From a virus (lineage: Duplodnaviria; Caudoviricetes): 58,882 bases of DNA. Below, one piece after another: positions 29,001-37,700 of the stretch. The position numbers and the translations under genes were made by a program. Location: IMG/VR virus record IMGVR_UViG_3300020463_001991, positions 1 through 58,882 of that record. One strand, 5' to 3'. The notes under the pieces are model-generated. The model made no database searches and was not told where the DNA came from. It saw only the letters and a list, made by a program, of their open reading frames with translations. The number at the start of each line of letters is the position of its first letter. The first letter of the stretch is position 1.

Positions 29001-29056
29001 CACCTAATTATATTGATACAGACATTTTTAGTTTGGATGCCGCATGGATGAGATAA
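26030..29056 (+). CDS. Multidomain protein: ParB/Srx-like N-domain, unknown domain, putative amidoligase (COOH-NH2 ligase-like) domain
   Basis: PPIVV...VLDGHHRMHAA; GFELE...IEPDSSL...ELVSP...STGLHMNIS...KYTSI...IEFRGPGG. Confidence 0.7.
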   Translation: MKATWFENKELITLYTDDRYFGADVPDSYQKRPSKPVPVDSLFGYEPASKMDDIHHKDSMLKIALQMKAGTWDGPPIVVRKDPKGYQVLDGHHRMHAARKAGIDTLDAVIVDREDIEYSDEVKEQQANESYSANEVDALYAEWDHEYPVEYAEFLGKTFGSPDELTKEQAVWHNKDGFKRIVVRDEYILHGSPAPHYDFVYCYIDLEVPEELSDELAECSGSILIDHLKNTVGARCGSLTANATTLNFVLDVVAGRVEPTKEEYEKRILDMKDMFAQDEMYELDWWEDNAGDADPDNPFYAEDLKEASGYIPTAAQANDPRFKTALTVDVRPGEDQRNIEKLGLNLNMDLVNKTKPGKKRKKKTLAESLMEKYQVFKEEDLVEVDMSSSALRSWAKSEMAQGVNAGFELELIFANTERDEDEYSDEANMDYDEPIGNLDDIITFYDGDNYAWESMQPVDDDRFREVVLDDLMEYQSEQFFDWWNDNGEEMVRDEMEREFDRKPTDEEFEEEFENEGELFTRVREDEEDKHRDDITWAQFWEAHQVEAMSDLLLKYDLVWPYQTGSMGGSLPVDSWAEQIAEITGKGVNVSATYHGSDKVAGKYTIEPDSSLTADEGPDSGYELVSPVMPLDEALDQLGKLFDYIEEQDGDIYTNDSTGLHMNISVPQGNDIDYTKLVLFSGDKYILDKYNRLSNNYADSALGQLEARAGQMDANRAAEAMQKMKDNLEDTAEEYVRAGTGQAKYTSIHIKDGYIEFRGPGGRYTDKSFGETMNTMLRFARAMTIAADPQAYRQEYQKKLYKTLSKGGQQERTIDTLFADFQSGDINKEVFKKRWANLVVKQQQDQAILNKLDDRPDDKRLAKAKQLQKDLGGPQKPWKYSIQYKRENGTVDTTYGKVKASTAQLATQAAVQNALDRFDNPQFKTSTPDFNTLKVEIDLPDAQNFRYRVPYTKGDGGIYHYEGDIRAEDADKARDQVINAAKGYFVMNPQFTPNYIDTDIFSLDAAWMR

Positions 29057-29352
29057 TGAAAAAAGAAGTCTTAGATAACGCCGTACAAATGCGTATTGAT
29101 GTACATCATAAACATATTGGACGCAATGGAGAACCAAGGTATCGTTTGTATATAAACGACGAACTGTTCAGCGAACGTTGTTATCGATTTGAATCTGATA
29201 TGTATCTAACTGAACAATTGTTTGTGACCAAAAAAGAAGGAACTTATAGAATAAGGATCGAAAGCATAAGTGATTTTACTTACAAATTAAGAAATTTAAG
29301 ATGTAAATATGGTACAGCACAAATAATCAACGATGAAGTATTTAAACTATGA
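29056..29352 (+). CDS. Hypothetical protein
   Basis: Coupled ORF (PRYRLYINDELFSER). Confidence 0.65.
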   Translation: MKKEVLDNAVQMRIDVHHKHIGRNGEPRYRLYINDELFSERCYRFESDMYLTEQLFVTKKEGTYRIRIESISDFTYKLRNLRCKYGTAQIINDEVFKL

Positions 29353-30011
29353 GAGCTAGTGAATTTATAATCGAAGGCAAACGCATTCCGCGTAAGAAAG
29401 GCCAACCAGCTGGTAGCAAAAAACACAGTGATTTGTATACTGATGAAAATCCTAAAGGTACAATACATGGACTTAAATTTGCCACAGTAGCAGATGCGAA
29501 GGCTAGTGTCAGCAAGATACGCAACTCTGGTAAGAAACACGCACATAAAATACAAGCCGCAGTTGCTATGGAACAAAGAGCAAAAGCCGCAGGTAAAGCA
29601 TCAGCGGCCGCAGTGTATAGAACTTTTATAAATGCTATGAAAAAGAAGACCAAAGAAAAAAATGAATCTGTAGAAGAAACCAAGGAAGCACCAAGCGGAC
29701 ATTATTTCACAAAAAGTGGTAACTTAGTAAAAGGCAAACTTACAAAAGACGCAAAAGAACGTGGGGCAAGAGAAACAGATCCTAAAGACAAATCACGAAG
29801 TAAAGTACCAAAAGTATCGCAATACAATGAAAACTTTGCAGACGGCAAGAAAAAAGGCAAAAGCAGACCAGGACGTGTGAAACGTTCAGGTGCAAGTTGT
29901 AACGGATCAGTTACTGATCTACGTGCCCGTGCCAAAAAAGCATCAGGTGAAAAAGCAAAAATGTACCATTGGTGTGCTAACATGAAGTCAGGTAAGAAGA
30001 AGAAAAAATGA
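29349..30011 (+). CDS. Basic modular protein, putative head-internal protein
   Basis: Starts MRASEFIIE; Lys-rich modules separated by Glu-containing linkers (KNESVEE, YNENF). Confidence 0.55.
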   Translation: MRASEFIIEGKRIPRKKGQPAGSKKHSDLYTDENPKGTIHGLKFATVADAKASVSKIRNSGKKHAHKIQAAVAMEQRAKAAGKASAAAVYRTFINAMKKKTKEKNESVEETKEAPSGHYFTKSGNLVKGKLTKDAKERGARETDPKDKSRSKVPKVSQYNENFADGKKKGKSRPGRVKRSGASCNGSVTDLRARAKKASGEKAKMYHWCANMKSGKKKKK

Positions 30012-30196
30012 AAGCAGAAGAGATACTCAAAGAAGGATTGATGTACAAAGGTTATCCTTGTACCAAAGACTGCTCAGGACACATGGCCGGTTATGCTTGG
30101 GCACAACAACGCAATATAGTTAATCCACAAGAACTTCCTACAGATACAAACAACAGTTTCTATGAAGGCATGTTAAGTTTCACAGAAGGCAAGTAG
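30008..30196 (+). CDS. Small hypothetical protein
   Basis: MKAEEILKEG...CTKDCSGH.AGY.WA. Confidence 0.65.
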   Translation: MKAEEILKEGLMYKGYPCTKDCSGHMAGYAWAQQRNIVNPQELPTDTNNSFYEGMLSFTEGK

Positions 30197-30403
30197 ATGA
30201 AAATTAGAGATATAGTTCAAGAAGATGCAGATGCAACAACATCTAGCTCTGGTGACATAGCAACTGTTAATGCTCCTTTATTTAGAAAACCTATCAAAAG
30301 AAATCAAAAAAATAAGAAATATGCTAATAGCCCTAGTTATGATAAATATAACATAACAGGGGAACAAAATGTTAGCAGACGATCTAAAAACATTATTGGC
30401 TAG
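30197..30403 (+). CDS. Small hypothetical protein
   Basis: MKIRDIVQED...TSSSGDIATV. Confidence 0.6.
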   Translation: MKIRDIVQEDADATTSSSGDIATVNAPLFRKPIKRNQKNKKYANSPSYDKYNITGEQNVSRRSKNIIG

Positions 30404-30812
30404 TGAATATGCTTTTGCAATCAAAGCACAGTATTTTCATTGGAACGTGGAGGGAAGTCACTTTAGATCGTATCATAAGTTTTTTGAAGAATTATACTTA
30501 GAAATCAGCGAAAATGCAATCGACCAAATTGCAGAATATATTAGAACACTAGACACTTACACACCAGGATCATTCGAGAGATTTGCAGAGCTAAGTGTTA
30601 TTCAAGGCCAACTTAAAGTACCAAGAGCAATGATAATGATGCAGGAATTGCTTGAAGATAATTTTAAGCTAGAAGCCATACTGAAACAATCATTTGAATC
30701 TGCACAAGCAGAGAATAACAGAGGAATAGAAAATTTTATTGCTGAGCGACTGGATGCTCATGCTAAACACAGATGGATGCTGAAAAGTTTTTTAAAAGAG
30801 AGTAGAGAGTAA
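30369..30812 (+). CDS. dps: Dps / ferritin-like DNA-protecting protein
   Basis: HWNVEG..F...H.FFEELY...DQIAEYIR ferroxidase signature; C-terminal KHRWML. Confidence 0.92.
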   Translation: MLADDLKTLLASEYAFAIKAQYFHWNVEGSHFRSYHKFFEELYLEISENAIDQIAEYIRTLDTYTPGSFERFAELSVIQGQLKVPRAMIMMQELLEDNFKLEAILKQSFESAQAENNRGIENFIAERLDAHAKHRWMLKSFLKESRE

Positions 30813-30814
30813 AG

Positions 30815-31837
30815 ATGGATAACAGTTTTGCGGCATTAGTAGGCAAGTTAAATGAGATAGATAACGGTCGTCCAATACAGGATAAGCAATTCAAGCCAAA
30901 CACCAATGTTTCAGAAGGCTTGAAACAAAATGACATGACCAGCATATTAGAAAATATGTATAGGGATCAACCATTTGAAAGTGCAAAATCTTTAGACAGT
31001 GGCACTACTAAACAGTTTCAAAAAGACTATAAGCCAAAGCAACTACCAGCTGACTATAAGATGCCTAGTGTTGGCCCTGTGCTCGGCAGTACAAAACAGT
31101 TAAAAAATCCAACAAAAGGCTACATGGTAGGTGATAGTATTGACCCAGATATGTTGGCAAAAATAGCTGATGACGCAGAAGAAATTGAAATGGATTCAGA
31201 TGGTGTTGACATTGATATCAAAGACTATGATAAAAATGAGTACGACCAAGAAGGTGCAAATGCAAAAGATCATTTAGCTCGTGCCGCCGATGCCGCCCTT
31301 GAATTACAAGGTATCTTAGATGATGATGAGAACTTACCAGAATGGGTACAAGGAAAAATTATAAAAGCATTAGATTATCTGGATATCTCAAGAGATTACA
31401 TGAAGCAGGAACTAGGTGAAGTGTACAAGCCACATAAGGGTAGTGAAGAATCATGGGACGGCGTAAATCCAAGCACTGCACAAACACTTGCAACAAACAA
31501 ACAAGGATATGAAGGCCCAGTTGCTCCAGAAGGAGAGAAAGATCCTACACAGTTAACTAAGATTACTAAAGAAGATAGTATTGGCAAGAAAAAATCTATT
31601 ATGGATTATCTTGCTGACGTAGAACACCAACGTAACGAAGAGATGTTAGCAGAGCCAATCAAAACGTTTAAGACTGGCGACGGTAAAGAAATGAAAATAT
31701 ATGGCACAGAAGATGATGGTTATAGAGTAAAAGTTAACGGCAAAGAATCAAAAAAATCTTTTGGTAAACTATCAGATGCAGTTCTTGCATGTGAAACATT
31801 TATACAAAGATCAAACGACTATGTGAGTGAGAGCTGA
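30815..31837 (+). CDS. Acidic modular hypothetical protein (putative head-internal)
   Basis: 340 aa with DDENLPEWVQGKI module and repeated (L/V)xE linkers. Confidence 0.55.
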   Translation: MDNSFAALVGKLNEIDNGRPIQDKQFKPNTNVSEGLKQNDMTSILENMYRDQPFESAKSLDSGTTKQFQKDYKPKQLPADYKMPSVGPVLGSTKQLKNPTKGYMVGDSIDPDMLAKIADDAEEIEMDSDGVDIDIKDYDKNEYDQEGANAKDHLARAADAALELQGILDDDENLPEWVQGKIIKALDYLDISRDYMKQELGEVYKPHKGSEESWDGVNPSTAQTLATNKQGYEGPVAPEGEKDPTQLTKITKEDSIGKKKSIMDYLADVEHQRNEEMLAEPIKTFKTGDGKEMKIYGTEDDGYRVKVNGKESKKSFGKLSDAVLACETFIQRSNDYVSES

Positions 31838-33219
31838 TGCGATTACTACATCTACTAGAGGACGACACAATGAAAATCAAAGAAGTGCAAATGCAAGAAG
31901 CTACTCCAAACTATGAGGTTAATCCTGCACAGGCAAGGCTTAGTGCCATTGCAGTGAAACTTATGGACAAAGCCGACACTGTTACAGATACAAATTTGCA
32001 AATAGCCTTGACAAGAGTAGCACAACACTTACCAGAGTATGGAATAGAGTTTGGTCCTAAGAGTATTCAGGACTTGTTAGATATTGTAAACTCAGAAGGC
32101 AAACATGCAGAACCTGATATGCCAATGGATAATAAAAACCCAATCAAAGTTACCAAAGAAACCCTTATGAAGATGATGGCTTACGGCCAGAAGATGGTTG
32201 ATAAAGAAGGCACAGTGAAGCCAGACCTAGAAGAAAACGGTTTACAACGCTACACTGGTATTGAAAAATATGGTAAAGAAGGTTTTGAAGCACTACAACA
32301 AGCAGGTAGAGATGGTGCAAACGAAAAAGAAAAAGGTGCTATCAAAGACAAGTATTTAAAAAATGATATTCATGAAGACGTTGAAGATTATGAAAAAGTT
32401 ACTGCAAGGCAGATGCATAAGCGGTTACGCACATTGATAAAAGATATTGCTATATTAAACGCAAAAATTAACGAACTAAGCGATATGGACAATGGTGATT
32501 TAACCGATCAAATATCAACAATGTTCAAACATGTGCAAGGCTTATACGGAGTCGTAGGAAGAGCACAGAAAATTGTTCCTGTGTATGAAGGCTATGGTAG
32601 TATGGTATCCCCAGAAACCAAAGCTAGAATAGATGCAAAAGTGCCTGCTCCTAAACAAGATCCAAAAACTGCAAAATTGCAAAAAAAGATTGATGGCATA
32701 AAAAAAATGAAAAAAGGATCTGTAGGCAAAACTGCAGGTGAAATGAACGAAGCTATTCCAACCAGTGAATTTGATTATGACTTAATGAAATTCTACAAAA
32801 AAGTTATGAAACTTGAAGACGAAAACCAACACGGTAAAGTTGCAGAAATGCTTGTGCAATTATACGGAACTGGTCCAGAATCAATGGTTATACGTGGCAT
32901 CAATGGCATGCACAGTAATCAAGGCAGTATTATGCCTGAGCAACAGAGACTCCGTGATATGATTTCAAACAAGTACTACAAAAAACTCGAACAAGAAGTT
33001 GAGGAGTTGAAAAAAACCTCACCAGCATACACTATGAGAAATGAAGGTGCAATATCTGACTTGTTTAAAACTACCACTGCTGAAAAGCGGGCAAAAGAGC
33101 AAACTGGCAGTGCCTACGATGCCGCAATGGTTGACAAGCATACTAAAAAGTATGAAAAGCAAGGACTTGAACCAGAAGATGCACGTAAGTATGCATATCG
33201 TAAAGTATTTGGGAAATAA
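31837..33219 (+). CDS. Modular hypothetical protein (putative head-internal)
   Basis: Starts MRLLHLLED; modules separated by LEE, IHED, VYEG, MNEA, RNEG. Confidence 0.55.
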   Translation: MRLLHLLEDDTMKIKEVQMQEATPNYEVNPAQARLSAIAVKLMDKADTVTDTNLQIALTRVAQHLPEYGIEFGPKSIQDLLDIVNSEGKHAEPDMPMDNKNPIKVTKETLMKMMAYGQKMVDKEGTVKPDLEENGLQRYTGIEKYGKEGFEALQQAGRDGANEKEKGAIKDKYLKNDIHEDVEDYEKVTARQMHKRLRTLIKDIAILNAKINELSDMDNGDLTDQISTMFKHVQGLYGVVGRAQKIVPVYEGYGSMVSPETKARIDAKVPAPKQDPKTAKLQKKIDGIKKMKKGSVGKTAGEMNEAIPTSEFDYDLMKFYKKVMKLEDENQHGKVAEMLVQLYGTGPESMVIRGINGMHSNQGSIMPEQQRLRDMISNKYYKKLEQEVEELKKTSPAYTMRNEGAISDLFKTTTAEKRAKEQTGSAYDAAMVDKHTKKYEKQGLEPEDARKYAYRKVFGK

Positions 33220-33220
33220 C

Positions 33221-34057
33221 ATGTCTATAGAAGAACGCAAACTAACAGGCGGCGAAAAGCGTAGCAAAGAAGCCAACTTTAAAAAACTTAAAAAGAACAA
33301 GAAAGACTTTATTGATCGTTACGGCAAAGAAGAAGGCGAAGGTGTAATGCATGCCATAGCCACCAACCGTGCCAAAAATGAAGATGCTGAGTACAAGCCA
33401 CACATGATGTACAAAGGCACAGAAAAAGAATACAGAGCTTTTAAGCCCTCTAAAAAAGATCATCACGATAGATTAATGGGTACTGGTTACGATCATGATG
33501 ATCCAGAAACAAATAAGATTGAAGAGAAGGCAAAGTATAAAAGCGATCCTAAACTAAAAAATTTACGCATAAGCGATATTCCAAGCGAGTATGAAAAACG
33601 CAAGTTTGCGGCACAAACTTCTAAGAAACATGAAAAGAATGAAGATGTAGGAACTGACCTACCAACAACCAATCAACGCACACAACGTATGCTTAATTTG
33701 ATACGTGCAAACAATCCAACTGCAAAAAATGACTTTGAAGCAATACTGCTATCACTGGCAAAGGCAAAGAAAAATTTAAGCAATGAGGAAGATCAAGCAG
33801 ATATAAATGCACTCCGACAAGATGTAGATGGCTTAAAGTTACTTGTGAATCAAATGAAAGGCAAGGTAGACGGCCTAAACGAAAGTGCAACACTGATCAC
33901 TGAAGATGAATTTGACATGCTCGCAGAGAAAAAAGATGCTTGTTATCACAAAGTCAAGTCAAGATACAAAGTATGGCCAAGTGCATATGCATCAGGTGCG
34001 TTAGTACAGTGTCGTAAAAAAGGTGCAAAGAACTGGGGCAATAGCAAAAAAAAGTAA
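33221..34057 (+). CDS. Modular hypothetical protein (putative head-internal)
   Basis: Start at ATG 33221 (MSIEERKL); C-terminal DACYHKVKSRYKVWPSAYASGALVQCRK module. Confidence 0.6.
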   Translation: MSIEERKLTGGEKRSKEANFKKLKKNKKDFIDRYGKEEGEGVMHAIATNRAKNEDAEYKPHMMYKGTEKEYRAFKPSKKDHHDRLMGTGYDHDDPETNKIEEKAKYKSDPKLKNLRISDIPSEYEKRKFAAQTSKKHEKNEDVGTDLPTTNQRTQRMLNLIRANNPTAKNDFEAILLSLAKAKKNLSNEEDQADINALRQDVDGLKLLVNQMKGKVDGLNESATLITEDEFDMLAEKKDACYHKVKSRYKVWPSAYASGALVQCRKKGAKNWGNSKKK

Positions 34058-34058
34058 C

Positions 34059-34796
34059 ATGATTATAGAAGATATTATACAAAACGAAGATGAAGACTCA
34101 GTTGAAGTTACAGTCGGAGATTACACAACTAAACATTTTTACATGTGTGGCAGCGCCATTGAGACTGCGGAAAAGTATGGCGACATGCCTGGCATGGAAG
34201 ATCTAGTACGGTTACAAGATATGTTTTACAAACTAGAAGCGTTTGTGATGGAAATAGGCGAACCAACTGATGAAATACAAGACTTTGCACTTAAATTACA
34301 TGATGAAATAATTGACCAAGCTGAAAAGGTTGGTATTGAAAACGAAATATACGATTATCAAACAATGCATCTTAATAGCATTATGAAGGGCGATCCTGAA
34401 CCGGGTTTTGGACAGGTTGAGATAGTAGAAGGACAACGTTGTTGGAAAGGTTACGAGAAAAAAGGAACAAAAATTCTTTTTGGCAAACGTGTTAACAACT
34501 GCGTTAAAAAAGAAGATGTACAACTTGGTGCAGATGGCCAACTTATATTTGCAGAAAACTTAGATGAAAATCTAAAAAAATGGTTCAAAGATAAATGGGT
34601 CCGATTTGGCCCTGATGGTAAAATACGTGGCGACTGTGCTAGGGGCAGTAAGTCAGAAGGCAAGCCAAAGTGTTTACCAAAATCAAAAGCACAATCTCTC
34701 GGCAAGAAAGGTCGCAAGACTGCTGCCAATCGCAAACGCAAACAAGACCCAGACAAAAATAGACGTGGCAAGGCTAAAAACGTCAAAACAAAATGA
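34059..34796 (+). CDS. Modular hypothetical protein (putative head-internal)
   Basis: Start at ATG 34059; CWKGY...VNNCVK and LDENLKKWFKDKWV...KPKCLP modules. Confidence 0.6.
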   Translation: MIIEDIIQNEDEDSVEVTVGDYTTKHFYMCGSAIETAEKYGDMPGMEDLVRLQDMFYKLEAFVMEIGEPTDEIQDFALKLHDEIIDQAEKVGIENEIYDYQTMHLNSIMKGDPEPGFGQVEIVEGQRCWKGYEKKGTKILFGKRVNNCVKKEDVQLGADGQLIFAENLDENLKKWFKDKWVRFGPDGKIRGDCARGSKSEGKPKCLPKSKAQSLGKKGRKTAANRKRKQDPDKNRRGKAKNVKTK

Positions 34797-35032
34797 CTTG
34801 GTTCCTAGTTGCACTGGTTACCTATGCAGGTGCTCCAACTCCAGATTTAAAGATACATGGCGGATTACAATTTCAAAGTTTTCAAGAATGCAATCGACAT
34901 CGTTCTGCATATGAAGAAGCACTGACTACGGAATTAAAACGTGTTTTTCCTAAAGTTGACACAAGCACCATCAGATGCTTTGATAATATGAGCATTAAAA
35001 CAATGCGTGAACAGTTGTACGGCGTTAAATAA
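34793..35032 (+). CDS. Small hypothetical protein with hydrophobic N-terminus
   Basis: MTWFLVALV...F.SFQEC...C pattern. Confidence 0.6.
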   Translation: MTWFLVALVTYAGAPTPDLKIHGGLQFQSFQECNRHRSAYEEALTTELKRVFPKVDTSTIRCFDNMSIKTMREQLYGVK

Positions 35033-35036
35033 GCGT

Positions 35037-35204
35037 ATGACAAACTATGATTCTCAAGATGCTACCCGTTATACAAATGAATACTTGGCTCAAGAATATC
35101 GCAATCAAGCGGACAATGCAAAATACAAGTTAGAAAAACTTCAGAAAGAAAATGAAGCACTAAAACTTAAAATTGCAGAACTTGAACAACGTTCTACAGA
35201 TTAA
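35037..35204 (+). CDS. Small coiled-coil hypothetical protein
   Basis: ATG 35037 after TAAATA (35026). Confidence 0.55.
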   Translation: MTNYDSQDATRYTNEYLAQEYRNQADNAKYKLEKLQKENEALKLKIAELEQRSTD

Positions 35205-35901
35205 CTTGCATCCTTATATAACAATACTACTGCCTACACGGAAACGTACTGCAATGGTAAAGAAAAGTGTGACCACAGTACTCGAAATGGCCACAGATCC
35301 TTCTCTAATTAATATAGCAGTTGCATACGACGATGACGATAACGAAAGCAAACAATATTTTTCTAGTAACGCTTGGAAACTGCTTGTTGAAAACACAGGG
35401 GCAACACAGGAAGCACATAGTATTGAACGCATAGGCTGGCAAGGCTTGCACGAATACTACAATTATCTTGCACAAAATATTATTAGCGATTGGTACTTCA
35501 TCTGGAACGATGATGCATTTATGCGTACACAAGGGTGGGATCAAGAAATTCTTGCACACAAAGACTATAAAGGTTTACTCAGTATGGAATCAAATGGCAA
35601 GCGTCCTGATAGCACACTATTTCCTTGTGTAAATCGATTATGGGTTGAAACATTTGATATGATTGGCATTAATCCAGTTGACCAATGGATACAAGATATT
35701 ACATATCCAATGGGTGCATACAAAAGATTACAGAGTACAATTTTTCACGATCATTTTAAAACCACTGGTAACAACAACGACGAAGTATATCAAGAAACTA
35801 GTAAAACAAAAAAGTTTACCAAACGTGCATACAAAACTCCTGAAGTATCAGCAATGAAAGAGGAATGGGTGGCACGTTGGAAGGCACTTTATGATAACTA
35901 A
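35173..35901 (+). CDS. GT2-like glycosyltransferase
   Basis: ITILLPTRKR, AYDDDD, IWNDDA; paralogue of 57229..58083. Start uncertain (possibly TTG 35206). Confidence 0.7.
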   Translation: MQNLNNVLQINLHPYITILLPTRKRTAMVKKSVTTVLEMATDPSLINIAVAYDDDDNESKQYFSSNAWKLLVENTGATQEAHSIERIGWQGLHEYYNYLAQNIISDWYFIWNDDAFMRTQGWDQEILAHKDYKGLLSMESNGKRPDSTLFPCVNRLWVETFDMIGINPVDQWIQDITYPMGAYKRLQSTIFHDHFKTTGNNNDEVYQETSKTKKFTKRAYKTPEVSAMKEEWVARWKALYDN

Positions 35902-36589
35902 AATAATTGTACTGCAAAGTAGTAAGATATCAAAGTCAATGGGTGCATTGTGTATTGCACGTGCAAAAGAGTTTGGGCTTGATGCCCAGGTTAGCAACGG
36001 TGTACATGGTGAAGATGCACATAAGATACTTGCAGACTTAAAATTACGTCAATACAAAGCAAAAATGAAAGGTGGTAGACTAGGAGTACTAGGTTGTTTT
36101 CTAAGCCATTACTTTCTGTGGAATGAGTGTGTTAAATCAAATGAGCCTTATATGATACTAGAACATGATGCATATATGCTACGTCCTTTGCCAAATAAAG
36201 TTCTTAAACTTTTTCCAGATATCTTAAAGCTAGACAGTTTAGATCCTTACTTAAAAACATACAATGAAGACCTAGAACGTCAGCCAAAACTAGATACCAT
36301 ATGGAGTTTGCATGACAGGAAAGAACATGGCAAACACATACACGAAAGAGGATTATATTCAATTGGCGGTTACGGATACATAATCAAACCACATGCAGCC
36401 GAAGAACTTATTTCAGAGTGTAAGACTAATGGCTTCCGACCTGCAGACCATCAGATACACACAACAGTAAATATAGATATACATCATATTGCACCAAGTG
36501 TTGTAAGGATACACAAAGATTACCACACACATGATGCAATGAAAACACTGTCTCTTACACGCAATTTAGAAAAGAACAGCCGAAGATGA
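35891..36589 (+). CDS. GT25-family glycosyltransferase
   Basis: GCFLSHYFLW...ILEHDA...GYIIKP.AA..L...PAD. Confidence 0.85.
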   Translation: MITKIIVLQSSKISKSMGALCIARAKEFGLDAQVSNGVHGEDAHKILADLKLRQYKAKMKGGRLGVLGCFLSHYFLWNECVKSNEPYMILEHDAYMLRPLPNKVLKLFPDILKLDSLDPYLKTYNEDLERQPKLDTIWSLHDRKEHGKHIHERGLYSIGGYGYIIKPHAAEELISECKTNGFRPADHQIHTTVNIDIHHIAPSVVRIHKDYHTHDAMKTLSLTRNLEKNSRR

Positions 36590-37554
36590 GATATCCTGCA
36601 CACTTTCCAGATGATCACCCCAATGATCCTCGCACATATATACCCAACATAGAATTTTATATTACAAATGTATGTAACATTTCATGTCCGCAGTGTAATA
36701 GATTCAACAACTTTAACTTCAAAGGTCACCAAATATGGAAAGACTTTGAAGCAACATACGAAGCATGGGCAACAAAAATACGCCTCCAAAAAATTTGTAT
36801 ACTTGGTGGTGAGCCGTTGATGAATCCAAGTATTGTTGGTTGGATATATGGAATAAATCGACTATGGAACAAAAAAGTGCAGATACTAACAAACGGTACA
36901 AGATTAAATCATGTGCCTGGACTTTATAAAGCATTACAAAATTTTAGAAATGAAAACGGGAATTGGATTGGTGTAAGTGTACACAATGCCAATGACATGG
37001 ATAGACACTTTGAAGAGGGTTACAAGTTCTTACAAGGAAATATAACAAAGTTAAACGGCAAACGCAACACTGATACGCACGGGACTTGGGGTGCAGATTA
37101 TGCCCTTGTTGACCAAAACAACGTAAGAGTGCATTATTGGATTGAAAATCAGTTTACAAAGGCCGCAGTGCAACGTAATCCACTTACTGAAAGATTTGAA
37201 TTACAAAACAGTGACCCACAAGAAGCACATGATCAATGCTCTTTTGTACATCACATGTGCCATCATTTTATTAGAGGCAAACTTTACAAGTGTGGTCCAG
37301 TGGGAATAATGCCTGAGTTTGATAATCAGCAAAAATTTGACATCACTGATGAAGATAGAAAACTACTACACAGTTATGAACCTTTAGCCGTTGAAGAATT
37401 TACACAGAGAGGCAAACAGTTCATAGATAACATAGACGAAGTGATTGATCAGTGTAAATTTTGTCCAAGCCACCGCAAACCATTAGAGACTATAGAAAGT
37501 TTAAACAAAAAAAGATTCAGTACAAGCAGTTTCAAAGATGTACAAAAAGCATAG
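36586..37554 (+). CDS. Radical SAM protein (paralogue of 12698)
   Basis: CNISCPQC, LGGEP, LTNGT, GKLYKC, C-terminal QCKFCP. Confidence 0.9.
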   Translation: MRYPAHFPDDHPNDPRTYIPNIEFYITNVCNISCPQCNRFNNFNFKGHQIWKDFEATYEAWATKIRLQKICILGGEPLMNPSIVGWIYGINRLWNKKVQILTNGTRLNHVPGLYKALQNFRNENGNWIGVSVHNANDMDRHFEEGYKFLQGNITKLNGKRNTDTHGTWGADYALVDQNNVRVHYWIENQFTKAAVQRNPLTERFELQNSDPQEAHDQCSFVHHMCHHFIRGKLYKCGPVGIMPEFDNQQKFDITDEDRKLLHSYEPLAVEEFTQRGKQFIDNIDEVIDQCKFCPSHRKPLETIESLNKKRFSTSSFKDVQKA

Positions 37555-37628
37555 CCTTAGGACCGATCCAAAGGCTAGGGAGGGTACTGCCCTAGAACCG
37601 AGTTCGCTACCCTGGTTTTAAAAGTGCC
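37552..37628 (+). ncRNA. Candidate structured intergenic RNA (three hairpins, possible pseudoknot)
   Basis: GC-enriched island: TAGCCTT/AAGGCTA, AGGG/CCCT, AGAACC/GGTTTT stems; AGGGTA can also pair with TACCCT. Confidence 0.45.
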
Positions 37629-37647
37629 ATAATTACCAAAATAGGTG

Positions 37648-37676
37648 TTGACATCAGTTAACAGTTAGTATATAAT
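37648..37676 (+). promoter_or_regulatory. sigma70-type promoter for the replication operon
   Basis: TTGACA-N17-TATAAT perfect consensus; AAGGAG RBS. Confidence 0.85.
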
Positions 37677-37700
37677 GTAAACATTATAAGGAGTATTTAC

